Below, piece after piece: positions 37,621 to 51,845 of a stretch of DNA of 64,000 nucleotides; position 1 is the first letter of the stretch; the number at the start of each line of letters is the position of its first letter. The stretch comes from Octopus sinensis (taxonomy: Eukaryota), in assembly GCF_006345805.1 (NCBI RefSeq), contig NC_043000.1, forward strand, positions 59,892,001 to 59,956,000. The letters run 5' to 3'. A model generated the notes under the pieces. That model ran no database searches. It saw nothing but the letters and a program-made list of their open reading frames with translations, and was not told where the DNA came from. The position numbers and the translations under genes are program-made.

Positions 37621-40600
37621 TGTGTTCCTACAGACATTATCGAAAAAAAGAAAAGAAAAACAGAGAGCAAAGGAAACAAGAGAACAAGCAACACCAAATT
37701 ACAAGCTGTATACCAAAATTAATGGTCATAGTTCATAATTCCTGTAAGCATGAAATCCCCTAGCCTGAGGTAGACATAACACAGGGGATGCTTGTATATA
37801 TGTGCTTTGTGAGTGTACCATATGCATATATAAGAATGATGACATGCTTGTGGCATTGGTTTTAGCTCTTCTAACCAGAAATGTTTATGTTGGTGTCACT
37901 TCATTCTGTAATCAAATTTAACAACTTACTCATGGTATAACTGATAACCAATAAGAATAAAAAATTATTATCATGTATTAGCTCAAGTACCAAATTAGAT
38001 ATGAAACACCTATATCTAGTCATCTATTGATTTTCAACTGGCTAACAAATATACATGGGAAGTAGATTTTGTTTATTTTGTGGTGTGTATATAACTTCAT
38101 TCAATCACTCTCATTTGAATATCCAAACACACATGCGCATATATAAACGTATTAGTATGTGTATGTGTTTTTATGTGTATGTGTAAGAGAGAAAGCAAAT
38201 ATAAGTGTGCATGTATTTATGTATGTGTATAAGTGTGTGTATGTGTGCATGATTATGAGAGAGAGAAAGAGAGGGAGTGAGAGCATTATATATATAAATA
38301 TGTACATATATGCCTGTGTATAAATATGTATATGCATGTGTACATATGTACACGCACATGTGCAGAGAGAAAGACAGAGAGAGAAAGAGCAAATTAATAT
38401 TCAAGACCAGATTGTATATACCTGAAGGAAATTGATTCACCAGTCTTTACTAAAGAATTTACAGTAGATTTCTTTTATAACACAGCTTTCTGCTTTCTAT
38501 TAATATTATGGCTGTTTTAATGGTCAGAAAATGTCTATCATTGCCAAGTACTGTAAGAACAAGTCTCTTTGCATGTGTTTATGATTTTATACTAAGTTAC
38601 AAGAAAAGAGTAAATGATAGAAGGCTTAGGGGCTAGAATATTTATTACAGAAGATTACTATGGTGTGTTATAAATTTTCATTCCTGCCACAGGGTTGTGG
38701 TCATGCTGTTGTACCACCATCAAGAGTTTTCATTGTTGTAGCTTAGCCCAGCCAAGTTAACCCTCATCAAACAAGTATTCCAGCCATGTTCTTATCATTT
38801 TAGCGGCATGTAGGATTACATTACCTAATGCTTTTTTTCTTTTACTTCAAACATTAGGCTACAATTTGAAGGATATTTGGCAGCTATATCTAGAAGGTTG
38901 AATAACCATATAAAGACAGTGTTTGTTTCTGAAGTTACTATTAACCTAGACTGTTTGTTGAGTTAGTTAACAATTCTGACAATGTTATCATATCCCAGCA
39001 TAAAATTTAAAATAAAAAAATGTTGGGGATCAACAAAGAATATCTGAAGAAAAATTTACAGACATTATTTATAGAATGCAACAAATTATAGGACTACACT
39101 GACAGGTTCTGAATATTTAGTCCAAGAGTAAGGTAGCAATTGTTAGTGCACCAGGCAGAATACTTAGTGCCATTTCATCCATCTCTATACTTTCTGAGTT
39201 CAAATTCCACCGAGGTTGACATTGCATTTCATTCCTTTCAGGGTTGATAAAATAAATACCAGTTGGACACTGGAGTTGATGTAATCAACTTACCTGTTTC
39301 CCTGAAATAGCTGGCCTTGTGCTAAAATGTGAAACCAATATTTAGTCCATGGGTAGCTATGACTGAGCAAATCATGATTAAAGACATTCTGGCTGTGAAT
39401 ATTGTCTTTTATTCAGTAACAGTGTCAAATAGTATTATGTTATCCAATATGTCGTCCTTTCAGAGGTCGTAAGGTGCTGTTATCTAATGTGTCCTCCCTT
39501 CTACAGAAAGCACAATATTTGACTTCTATTTCAAGCAGCTTGACCCACCATGTAAAAGCTCCTTCATTAGTTCATACATAGTGCCGGTGACATCATGGTC
39601 CTTATCATCTCGTGTTTATAGCATGGATTAGGTATATTTTATCATGTCACTGGCAGTAGAGAAGGTGTTCTATGCAGGAGAACAGTAAGAGTCACCTCTA
39701 TCTTACATCAGTTTTTATTAAATTACTGCCCCTCAGACTAGTTGAATGCAGTTTTCAGTATCAATGTCTCAATATTTTCCTTTTTTTTTTTGGTATGGCT
39801 TCTACTTCAAGATGTCCCTTCCTTTCTCTAACCACTTTGTTGAGTGTACTGCATATGTTTTTTGATACCACCAACAATAAAGAAATTTTTTCATTAGGGA
39901 GTATGAAAGAATCCCTTCTATCCATATCAATTTTTATTCAGAATATCTTTTTCCCATGATGGGTAGCTTGTGGTGGGCTTGCAAAATCCACTCTTGTGTT
40001 ACATTTATTAACATTGTTTCTATGGCTGGATGTCTTTCCTAACTCAACAGATGTAAATAAAATGTTTTTCATCTCTAAAGATCACGTTGGACAAAAAGAA
40101 AACAAAAAGAAGCAATAAATAACAGTTCATCTTGACTATGTAGACATTAAATCAATATGTTTTAACATCTTGATGTTTTTAATTTCTGCATGTTCATTGA
40201 AATACCTGCTATATATTTTTATTTACTTGACCTTAATATCTTAGAGCTTGGGAAATTTAGTTAATTCAGCCAATTATATCCCTTTCCCTGACAAGCAGTT
40301 GGATTTGTGCCCAGTGAGTGAAAAATCAGTATTGCAGATTTTATGAAGAAATGCAATAAATACTACTGATTTACTTATAAAATACAAACTGTTATGACAG
40401 CTGATGGTTCTCATATTGTCCTCCCCTTTTTCATTTTCTCTCTGTCTCACACACATACACACACTTCCCACCTCACTCTTCCCAATTCTATAGAGCCTAA
40501 TATACTATTTTCCGAGAGAAAAAACCAAATAGATACTTTGAGTTTGATTCCCACTGGTTACATTTAAATGATAGCATTGTGAGGTAAAGTTTTTACAGAA

Positions 40601-43529
40601 TACTAATTGACCTTAGATAAAATGAAATTTTACATTCTTCTAATAGTAGAAGACGCTTATTATAGACCAAATATAGCTTGTCAGCTTTCTATATAGCACA
40701 CTGAATTATTCATGAGATAACTTTTATATATTTATATTTTATTTCCATAGCATACTTTGTGATTTTTAAACTGAAGTGAAAGTAGAAAAAGTATTTTGTA
40801 ATTGTATAAACGACTACATTAAAGAGTAGTTTAATAGAAACAGGCACTGATAGCATATTAAAACAGCATAGATTTACAGAACATTTTAAAACACATTGCC
40901 ACTGAACAAAGAATTTCCTCAAATATATGCATGCATTTCAAGAAAGGGAAAGATAGAGAGACCATTCAATAAAATCAATGTAACTGAAAAATTCCTTCCT
41001 TTTCATGTCTTAAATTATACCCCCTTTTTTTTTACTTCCCCTTCAATATCATTATAATCACCTTCGTTTGTAGTGAATAAATTTATTCATCTATATGAAG
41101 TAGATAAAATTAATTCAGTGTGTCACTTTTGTAGAAAATATTGTTTAATTTCCTAAACATTGATAATGCTGAAGCTCACAATTATAATACAAAAACAAGA
41201 TACCACATTCATGAGATGAAATTTGGGTAGATTTTGTACTGATAGATGCTCTAAAATGATTCATTGAAGATGTAGCATTAATATTTCTTGTTTTCTAATA
41301 CTTTCATCACAAATATAAACAGTTCTTAACAGTTTTGAGTGTGATTATGTTGAAGCTGATATTTTTATACAGCCACCAATAAATGATCTCCATTTGTGTT
41401 AGAAATAGATAGAAACAGCAGGGCTTACAACTCTAACAAAGGAAAACATGGCTTTCCAAGGAAATTCTTAGACTCAGGTTACTGTCAATCAACAAAAACT
41501 ATAAAGTAAATTCCACTAAGCTATATCCGTTTTTCTTACCTATTACATTATTAAATAAGTTTGTAAAAAAATAAACTGTTATTTATGGCAATCTCTTGCA
41601 GCAATGAAAGACATTTTCTTCTGTTATGCGCATAAGTGTTTCCAATTGAGCTATCAAGGAAGCTTCCTAAAAACTGAGCTGTATACATTTACAGACTATG
41701 AAACACAATCTCTATTGATTTTCATGAAGATGCAGTGGAAGCTGTTCAAAACGAGAATTTTTTTTAAAATCCTCACAAAATTGATCAGAAATACAATTTG
41801 AAAACAACTGGAGGCCAAAGAGACATTTTCTTCTTGTTTCAAGCCATTAAGTAAAATTTTATTAACTGTTTTCTAAACTAACTTTGGTCAAACAAATTAG
41901 TTTCTTTCATCTAGTTTAAATTGATTAATTTTGTTTAATCTTGAAATATTTTCATTGATAACTGTGTGAATAAATTTTCTCATTTGTGATAGTCAACTTT
42001 GAAGTACTGTTAACCAAAATTAAATTCTGCACGGGAGGTGGGGAGAGACTAGTGTGTTATAGAATAATAAAAATACACACAAATTAACATTTTTATCATG
42101 GGTGATAGTGTCAGACATTGGTTTCTAGCAAAGTAGTATGTGTACATGTGTTTACTACTACACATAGGCATGCATAGCATTTTATACTTTAGGTTTAAAA
42201 GAAGACCATAAAAATATAAAACCCTTTGGTTGCTTCTGGTTATTTACGAAGCTAATTTGGATGAAAGACACAAAACAAAATAATAAACTGCATCATTAAT
42301 TTCCTTTGTTCCTTGTCCGGTTTCAGCTATTGAACAGAAAAGGTTTGTAAATATAATGCTACATATTCCAGTTATGTGTTCCATGTGGTTACAACTATAA
42401 ATAGAAAAGTTGAATGTTTACTTCAAAGCCAGAGTTTATTTATCAACCTGCCCTGTATTTCAACATTTTAGAAGTAAGATGGTTAAACTGGATAAAAGAC
42501 TGAACTAGCTGCTTATGAGTCAAGAGTTCAAACTCACTAGCACTGTTGTTGTTGTGATACAGAAGTATGTCAATCTAGATATTGAGCAAACCTATTACAA
42601 AAGGCATTCCAGCCGTGACCATCCTTCTATTAGAAAAATGTAGGATTATATTATCTAATGTGTCCTTTCATTATTGAACATGATAGGAGGTGAGCTGAAA
42701 GAGATTTGACTGTTGTTTCTAGTAGGCTTGGTGATCATACAGAGGTTACCTTCATTGGTTACCCATGTTGGTCTTTTAGTTCACTTCCAAATAGAACACT
42801 TTATTCCAAATAACTTCAATTCATCAAGCTGTCAAGATTATGCACCAGATTATTGGTAAGTGTTCTTTGAGATAGACTGGCAAATTACCCAGGGGGAAAT
42901 TTATCCATTTCACATGATGTAAAGAAAGCTTAGCACCATTTCCAAAGAAAACTGCATCCTTTCATTCACAATAATTCAGGGACCTAACTACCTACATTTT
43001 TGTACTATGTCTTGTACTAAGTATCTCTAAGTATCTCTCATGAGATAATTGTTTTAAAAAATGCTGTCCTCATCACCATGATTATGCAACCAATAAAATA
43101 AGTTGGTTTATATGCTAGAGTAAATGGTGGAAAACCTGAGGGTAATAAATGGATAGTTTCATATTTTTTAATTACTTATAACAAACTATATCTAAAAGCA
43201 TTAAATTAATAAAATACATATTCCTCTTTATCATTTGATAAGTAATACAAAAACACACAATATATAACAAAAGTTACCTAGGACATAAATGTGTTCTGCT
43301 GTTTTTTTTTTATATATATAAGCTTATGTCCCTTGGTTACTGGAGATATGGATGAACAAGTTGTCATGCTGATCACAGCTTTTGAGATAGAAATACATAT
43401 CAATGGTAGTCCTAATATCTCCAAACAATAAGCTTATTCTTTTCCTTAATGGCATCTCAAATTTGGAGAATTCCTGAGATTATAATAATAATAACAATGA
43501 AATTACTGTGTACTACAGGTGTACTACAA

Positions 43530-43880
43530 CTCATCAAAGGTGCATGTACAGTACATAGAATTATGTACAAAAGTCAGGAAAGTGAACAGTGTATGAGTCA
43601 TAATATACATATGTGAATGGTAATGGAGCGAGGAATATCAGGCGTAGTGTTGGCAAATTTGAAGAAGCATGGAGGTTTTAAAGGATGCAATGTCTCGGCA
43701 ACAAACAACTGATGCAGGTAATTTGTGTTCCATGCTTCAGCAACAGTAAGTGTGAGAAATGTTTCTGAGAGTCATGGGAGCTGTGCTGTTTTCTGACTTT
43801 GTAGGTAAGCCCATGCATGTTAGACACATGGAGCTCGGAAAGGTGCTCAAGGTGGTTGTTGGCACAATGGTTAATAATCA
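43530..43880 (-). pseudogene. CR1/L2-type LINE 3' end
   Basis: Minus strand gives RKQHSSHDSQKHFS and VAEAWN/KLPASVV (one frameshift), the F...V...WN.LP..VV pattern of CR1 C-termini. Confidence 0.65.
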
Positions 43881-45152
43881 TCCCCCTCCTCAGCTGGAGA
43901 TGGCCTTAATTGCTATTTGGTAATTATGATACATTCTCTAACAGCAGAGATGATTTTAATTAATCAAAAATTTATGTTGTATGGTATTTCACATATCTAT
44001 ATTTCTCTTGGCTGCTTGGTTGGGAACCTTGCTTCTAAACCACATAGTTTCAGGTTCAGTTCCACTGCATGGCACCTTGGACAAGTATCTTCTGCTATAG
44101 CTCTGGGCTGACCGAGGCTTTGTGATTGAATTTGGTAGGCAGAAGTTCCTATCCTAACAGAGAAGGAAAACATACATACACTCACACACACACATACATA
44201 CATAGAAATATACATACACACACAGAGTCAAACTTTTAATGTACATTTCTGCTCAGTGTTCAGCTAAATGATCTGTCAGTGTTTTATTGGAATACAGAAA
44301 TAATGCAAGCATTATAATAGCTAATTGCCTTTGATGTGCACACTGGGAAGGGGGACAGAAAGAGAGGAGACATTGCCAATAATGTTAGTGTGTGTGTGGG
44401 GGGGGGGGTATAGAGTATATATATATATATATATATATTATAAAGCTTTAATGGCAAATTGAAATACAATTCAATATCTGGATTGAATTTATCGTGCATC
44501 TTATAACACACCGGGAAATTCAAACTAATGTACACACACACATTTGGTATGGTGGCATGTATACAGTTGATTAGAAGGGGAATGAATGAAAATATAAACT
44601 TGTACAATTTAAAAGATTTTAACAACAAATTTTAATTGGTAAAAAATATTGTGCATGCTAGATTGTAGAGTTAATATGATTTATAGTTCTTTGAAAATCT
44701 AGCAAATGCCTATCAGAAAATGCAATTTTTCTTTCTTTTGTTTATGATTTTTATCCTTCTAGTTTCATTCATTGGACTGCAGCCATGCTGGGGCACTGCC
44801 TTGAAGTACTGAACAATTCAACCCTAGTATTTACATTTTTAAAGCCTGGTATTTATCCTATCATTCTCTTTTACTGAACTGCTAAGTTATATTAACATAA
44901 ATAAACTGACACTTGTTAAGCAGTGGTGGGGATAGACACAAGCAAAGACACATATAAACATACATTTTACATAATATATGTGATGGGCTTCTTTTAATTT
45001 TCATCTTCCAAATACACTCACAATGTTTTGGTCAGCCCAGGGCTATAGTAGATGACATTGTCCCAAGATGGCATCTACTGAACCCCAAAATCATGTGGCT
45101 AAGAAGCAAACTTCCTACCACACAGCCATGCTTGAGCCTAAGATACTATTTG

Positions 45153-45195
<43 letters not shown>

Positions 45196-48100
45196 AAGAG
45201 AGTGGGAGGGGTGGTTAAAGCCATAATTTGAAAACTTGGTATGTAGATTGACTAAAAAATACATTAGTTATCACAGTTTACAGGTCTTTTACTTCATAAA
45301 GAAATTAAATATGAAATTCATGCTTGTGCAACAGACTCTCAGAAATGGCCTTTTCAGCAAAAATGTTATCTGCAATGTACAGATGGTCTAAAAACAGCTA
45401 AGTTGAGCTAATCATATGGTAAGCAAAAGATAACAGTTTAAAATGACAATGAATGTATAAATAGTTTTAATCTACTTTAAAAAAGAATATTTAACTTGAC
45501 TTTATCAAGACTAAAGAATGGTTAAAAAATCAAAATCAAAAAGTAAAGACTTCTCATAGATAAAAGCAACAGATACTACTTTGATAGCGAAGGGATTGCT
45601 CCTGTTGAGGTTACTTTAAGACTACTCGAGTATAGAACAAAACCTGGGGGTGGGGAATTTAAATTTTAAAATGCCAATTTTTTTTTGACATAAATGGAAT
45701 CTTTGTTGCCAAAAACATTGGAAACTGTATTAAAAAACAAAAACGAGGTGGGTGCTTATTGTACACCTTCACCAAAAATGTAACTGAGGGGGTTTTGTCC
45801 ACTTTCACACTTTAACTTAGGGGATTTTGTCCATGAAGGTTTTATCTGGACCCCACACTGCTGTGTCAAGTAAGCAAGGGAAATAAATTAAAGCTTGGAT
45901 TACTTAGTTCATGTTCAATAATTTTAAAAATATATGTATTCTAAGGTGAATCGTTAGCACACCAAGAAAAATGTTTTAACTGTCATTATGTTCTGAGTTC
46001 ATATTCTGTCATGGTCAACTTTGCCTTTCATCCTCTTAGGTTCTATAGAATAAGTACCAGCTGAATATTGGGGTCAGTGTAATCAACTTACCCTCTCCTT
46101 CGAAAGTGCTGGCCTTGTGCCAAAATTTGAGACCAATAAATATGTATTCTTCAAATTTTCTCAAAGAAAATATAAATAAAAATAAAGGTAAATAAGAAGA
46201 AATGAATAAATTCTATCTAACGTATAGTGAGAACAATGGGATATTTTATAAAACAACTATAATTCAATCCTTGTAGATAAAAGCATAACACACAGTGGTA
46301 TGTGTCTGTATGAGAGAGTCATCTATTTCAGAAGCAGAAGGTGAGAGCAATGGCAAACATTATGTTTGGTGGTCCATTGTCAAAATTAGATAGATAGTGA
46401 TGGCTAGGGAAATACTTGAACCTATCAACAGGGGTGTGATTATGATAGAATGAATATAACCAGAATAAGACAAGGTTAGGTGTCTGTATTCAAACTAGTT
46501 TTTTCATCATTGCAAATAGAGAAATGTTTTAATATATAATGCATTCTAAACCTAGTACTATAAAGTAACTCAATGGTGTTTTTATGTAATATGGCAATTG
46601 ATGGAAGTTCTAAAGAGAGTAGTAGCAAAATGCTCTTGTATATGGCTTTAGCAAATATATATGTTCATATTATTGATATATATATAAGAAGGGAAATATT
46701 TTAGTAAGAGAAAAGATTCAACTGAAGAGGAGTGTGAGTGATGAAGAGAGAGAAAGGCAAAGATGGATAATATGAAATAGAGAGTGAAAACAAACATAAA
46801 AAGAGAGTGTAAAAGGGAAAGAAAGGAAAAGAAAATAGAAGGAAAAATAGCAAGGGAGAAGATCAGTAGATTCAATCTAAATTAAAACATATTGTGTGTA
46901 TGTGTGTTAGTCTATGTACAAATGTGAAGATGTGTACATCTTATAACTTAATAGACATATATGCATGTCTTTTGGGAAAATGTGCAGCTTTTCCTTGAGG
47001 TGTTTAGATAAAAATTGCCAGGGAATGAATGATCAAGCAAAACTAGCAAGCATAAACATTTTCCAATATATAATCTCTCCTTCTGTGTGTGTACACAAGC
47101 ACCTATATGTAAGTTATGTGTGTGCACGTGGATGCACACACGCACACACACACAGGCAGGCACAAGTATGTGCATGTAGGGACATGAGTACAAACACACA
47201 TGAGTACAAACACACTCAATGAAATCAAACCAAGGAGCCCTGATATTTTGGTATCAACAGGAAATTTACCTCCAGTTGTTGTTGATGCTGTTTAGCCCCA
47301 GGTCAACTTTGATCAAGTAGACCTATGATCAAAATGTATTCAATCTTGTTTTTCACAAACAGATATTTAGGGTGACAACATTTCAGTATACACCCTTTTT
47401 TAAAGATGGCAGGATGTAATTTGGTTGCTATTTTTGCAGGTTTAATGATTATTTAGAAGATCCTCCTGTAGATTAAAGATATCTATGCAGATGCAGGTGG
47501 GGCTGTGGTAAGAAGTTTGCTTCCCAACCACATGGTTCCGGGTTCAGACCCACTGCATGGCACTTTGGGCAAGTGTCTTCTACTATAGCCTTAGGTCAAC
47601 TAAAGCCTTGTGAGCGAATTTGGTAGATATATCTGAGTGCGTGTCTTTGACTTTATGTTTGTCCACATCACAGCCTGACAACTGATGTTGGTGTGTTTAT
47701 GTTCCTGTAACTTTGTGGTTCAGCAAAAAAGACCAATAGAATTAGTACCAGGTTTATATAAAAAAAAAAATAGTACTGGGATCGATTTTGTTTGACTAAA
47801 ATCCTTCAAGGTGGTGCCCTAGCAAGGCCACAGTCTTATGACTGAAACAAGTAAAAGTTAAAAGATAAAAGATCTGTTGTTATTTTAAACTGCTATGTTT
47901 TGTTTTCCAAATAACACTTCATTGAATATCCTGGAATTGCAATTTTTAATGAGGTTTTTTGATGCTTAAAGAGAACCAAACAGTCAGCAAGAGGCAGTAT
48001 TAAGACATAGTTTGGATTTCAGAATGTAACATCAACCTTAACGTTGCTCTAATCCATTTTGAGAAGCACTTGTCTAGCAGATAAGGTATCAACTTTAGGT

Positions 48101-50504
48101 TTAGCAAATAAGGTATCAGTTGAAGAATCATAGGTTTAACCCTTTAGCATTGAACCAACCATCTCTGGCACAAATATTCTACCAATTTTATATCCAAACT
48201 GACTGAATCCGGCCTCTCACACCTACCCTACACTGTCATTCTAAAACATTCAATCAAATCATTGAAATCTTGAAGTTACAAGATAATACATGATTAATTC
48301 AAAACAATGTGAATAAATAAGCATTACATTAGACAGTACTCTGAATGCTACCTGATACTGAGACATCCTTGTCTCTTACCTAAATTACTAAACCCCACTG
48401 AACTCAGCAGCCTTCAGAATAAGAACAATTTTGTGAGAGCAAAAAAAGCCTCAATAGAAAACTAACACAGCAATTCTGTTGTTGTTCTGTAGCCTTGGGT
48501 TAGCCATAATGGAGCAGATCCATGGCCAGAGGTGTTCCAGCTACAGTCATTTAAAATTTTTGGACATCAGAAATCACATTGTCCAATGTATACTTTGTTT
48601 TACTGAAGATGGTAGAGAGTGGTTGGAGGGAGATTCGGTTGCTGTTGCTAATAGGTCAAGTGAGTGTATGACTAGACATTAGTTTTGTGGTTTTATAACT
48701 GGAAGACCAATGCTTTTATTTTTTTCTTTTCTCATGACACTAACAGCCTGTTCTATAAATTGACAGATGTATTAAATTGATCATAAAAATGAGATTGACT
48801 AGCATACTCTTATTCAAAGAAGCAAAAGAAATGAAAGAAAGACAGATAGAAAGACAAAGAGAGAGGAAAGAAACAGAAAAGCTAAGGTGGATATAATTGA
48901 ATTGGATCTGTCGTCCTTTTGCAAACACTACAAGTATCTTAACATATTGACACAAACCGTTTACAGATACAATGGTAGAATTATTCCAATTACAGACTTT
49001 TGTAATAAAATATCTTGGATTTTACTTCTATCGGTATCATTTTTGGGAAACAATGTTTCGTCAATGTCTATGAAAAGCACAAAACATTTTAAAATGGGAA
49101 ATGTTGTAACTCTTAATGTTTAGACATAAGTCAACCCTACTCAAAAGCATTCTAACCATGACCTTCCTAATATTATGTAGACCACATTGCCTTTTCCTTA
49201 TTTAAGAGTATAAGGTGTGATTTTAGGTAGATTTGGTTGTTGTTTCTTGTATGTCAAGTGATCATATAAAGACTTTCCCAATTAGGGCTTGTGGTGTAGT
49301 TGTCAGTGGTAGTGGTATTGTTATGTTAAATGATTAGCAACATTTAATTTCTGTTTTATATGTAGTTTTTACTTGACCAAATAAATTATTGATTAACTTT
49401 AAAATAAATGATTTTTCTCAAGATACAAAGTTAATTGTTTGTATGAAATGATGAACTGATATCCATATATTAATAGTACATGTTTTACTGATCTATAGAT
49501 AGAAGGAAAACTATGGCAGATTTTGAACTCAGAATAACAGTATGCTAAAGTAACAAAGTAATTAAAATGAAGTTCATTTTTAGTTGTCTCCAAATATTAA
49601 TTGAGCATTTTCTCATGCTCAATTGAATTTGAATCATATCAGTAGAATACATCAAGGTTTATCTTTACCGGAAGTCTTTTTTCCCTATTCATTAGTTAAA
49701 CATTTTCTTCACATTATCTCAGTTATATCAATAAACTGACATAATGTCAAGGGCTACATATGTTATTAGAAACAAAAAAAAAAGCAAAATAAAAATGCAA
49801 TAAAAACACAGTAACAATTCTTAAACAAATGGGCATATTTAAAACTAAAGTCAAACATTCATCTAATGGATATAACAGCATACTTGACTATAATGTTCGC
49901 TAAATTTATAAATAACTAAGCAATATAAGTGTTTCTGGTTTCAAACAGCATATGTAGTAATGTATATTTGAAGGGTAATGTAGTTTGCCTCTACTCAAAC
50001 AGGGATTCTTCATTAAAGAATCATAATCTATGTAAAATATCATTCCTGTTTGTTTTGTTTCTAATGAGTTCCACACTGGAGAGATGATGGAGGTAAACAT
50101 AACTGATATGAATTAAATAACAGGGGTGTAACATTAAAGGATAAAAAATAATGCCGCTCATTCATCTTTGGTGAACTTCTCAATGAAGACTGAGGGATGG
50201 CATATTTAAACAATCAAGGAAGTATTTTTTCCTAAAGAATAGAAATTTTTGGATAGCACATGAAAAGATTTATAAATAATGTGATCACACTCAGGCTGTT
50301 GTTGTTATTAAGCAACAAGACGGGTAAGGGTGATTAGGTGATGGTCTAGGGCTTAGGGGCAGGAGACCACAGACCTTGAAAAATAAAAAAACTTTGGTCA
50401 TCTTGTTGTAGTCGAGGGCTCTTCGTTGATGCCCGACACCACTGGGAGGTGGCCCTCGAAGTCACTGGAAATGGAGATATCCGGGTCCAAATTCTCAAAC
50501 GGCT

Positions 50505-50961
50505 CAAACTCTGGCTGGAAGGCCATATGAGTGGCAGCAGGATTCAATTCCTTACCATACCCACAAGAAGTGTCAGAAGTGGTTGTCAGAGAATCGTCAG
50601 AAGTAGTTGTCAGATACTTCACCAAACCCAATTTCTGGCTTTCTAATTCCCTCAGTTGTAATCTCATGGATTACTATGTGAGTGGATTGGTGGACAAAGA
50701 CACCAATCAAGGCTGGCTGGCCAAGATCAAGGAGGTTTCAAAGATCTTCCCAGAGACACAGTGAGGCATTCATGCATCAAGTTCCAGAGCCATCTTGAGG
50801 CCACGATGAAGCTGAGGGTGGCTACTTTGAGTAAACTTTTTTTATCTTCCCAGCCAGTATCCAGTTGATATTTTTTGATTTTTTAAGATACTTTTATTTT
50901 TGAATAGCATATTGTGTTTTCTTTTCCTTTTATGCAAGCTGTGAAATTTAGCCCTGCTGTA
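50505..50961 (+). mobile_element. Second DD37D/maT-like relic (3' part)
   Basis: GRPYEWQQDSIPYHTHKKCQKWLSEN, CNLMDYYV and EGGYFE*. Its 3' UTR aligns with 34395-34546. An internal 24-bp duplication lies at 50572-50614. Confidence 0.8.
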
Positions 50962-51529
50962 AGTACTAATTACAAGAAAACAGGGGTGTTTCTATGCAAT
51001 TTTTTGCCCTGCTAGAAATAGTAGCTACATCTTCCTCCTATTGCAACCACTTGAGTGCACTATGCTTAAAAGAAGACAGGAAAGTCACAGCTGAAATAAT
51101 CCTGGTCAATCAGGTTGCTCTAGACCTAAACAACAAAAATGTAATACTAAGTGGAGTCTCCAGCTTAAAAAAATAAAACATGTTTCAAGAACTGTGTTTT
51201 ATCTAATCTGAGCTCATAGTAAAGTTTGCAGAAGTAAAATGCTTTCTTTTTATGTATATTCAACCTTTTTGAGACAAGAAGAAAATAAAGCAATTGTAGT
51301 CCAACAAAGAACATGAAAATTAAATTCTAACTCTTAAAGGTCTGTAATCATTTTTATAATCTTTTAAATATTGATATGATAATGAGCAATTCTAATTAGT
51401 TGTTGTTCATCTACAGGTTAGCCCTAATTGAATAGGTGTAGGATGAAAGAAGTTTAAACATGATTATCTTGTCTTTGTCCAAGTATAATGTATCCAGAAC
51501 TTCTTTGAAAATAAAGCACAACATGGAAT

Positions 51530-51845
51530 CTTGGAGATCAGATGGCATGAATTTCTGAAAAATGAAATGATTCAAGACAGAACAAAAAATAATATGTATG
51601 GCTAGAGAAATAATGAAGAATTGATGGCAAAGGTTGGGCTACGTGTTTTGGTCCCAACTGGCAAATACATCATCAAACAGTAGCATGAATAGACCACAAA
51701 ACCAAAAAAAGAAGACCTACACCTGCTTGGCTGAAAAGAATACCAAGAGAAAGAGGAGAGCATGATTGGACAGAGGCTAAAACAAAAATACTGAATAGAC
51801 GACCGTGGCAAGATCATGGGGAAGCTCTTTTATATCAAGTAGTGT
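51530..51845 (+). pseudogene. Decayed RTE-type ORF C-terminus
   Basis: WQRLGYV (cf. RWLGHV), KKRRPTPAWLKRI (cf. RGRP..TW) and NRRPWQ, with stop codons. Confidence 0.4.

Noticed and set aside
39560-39990. Possible second R4/Dong relic on the minus strand
   Set aside because: EHLL and HDK-like fragments are too decayed to support a call.
46277-46340. Microexons of 21 nt and 9 nt with good splice signals
   Set aside because: They would need an intron of only about 33 nt between them, which shows the chance rate of such signals. Similar 3-7 nt cases at 1235-1237 and about 35080-35127 were also dismissed.
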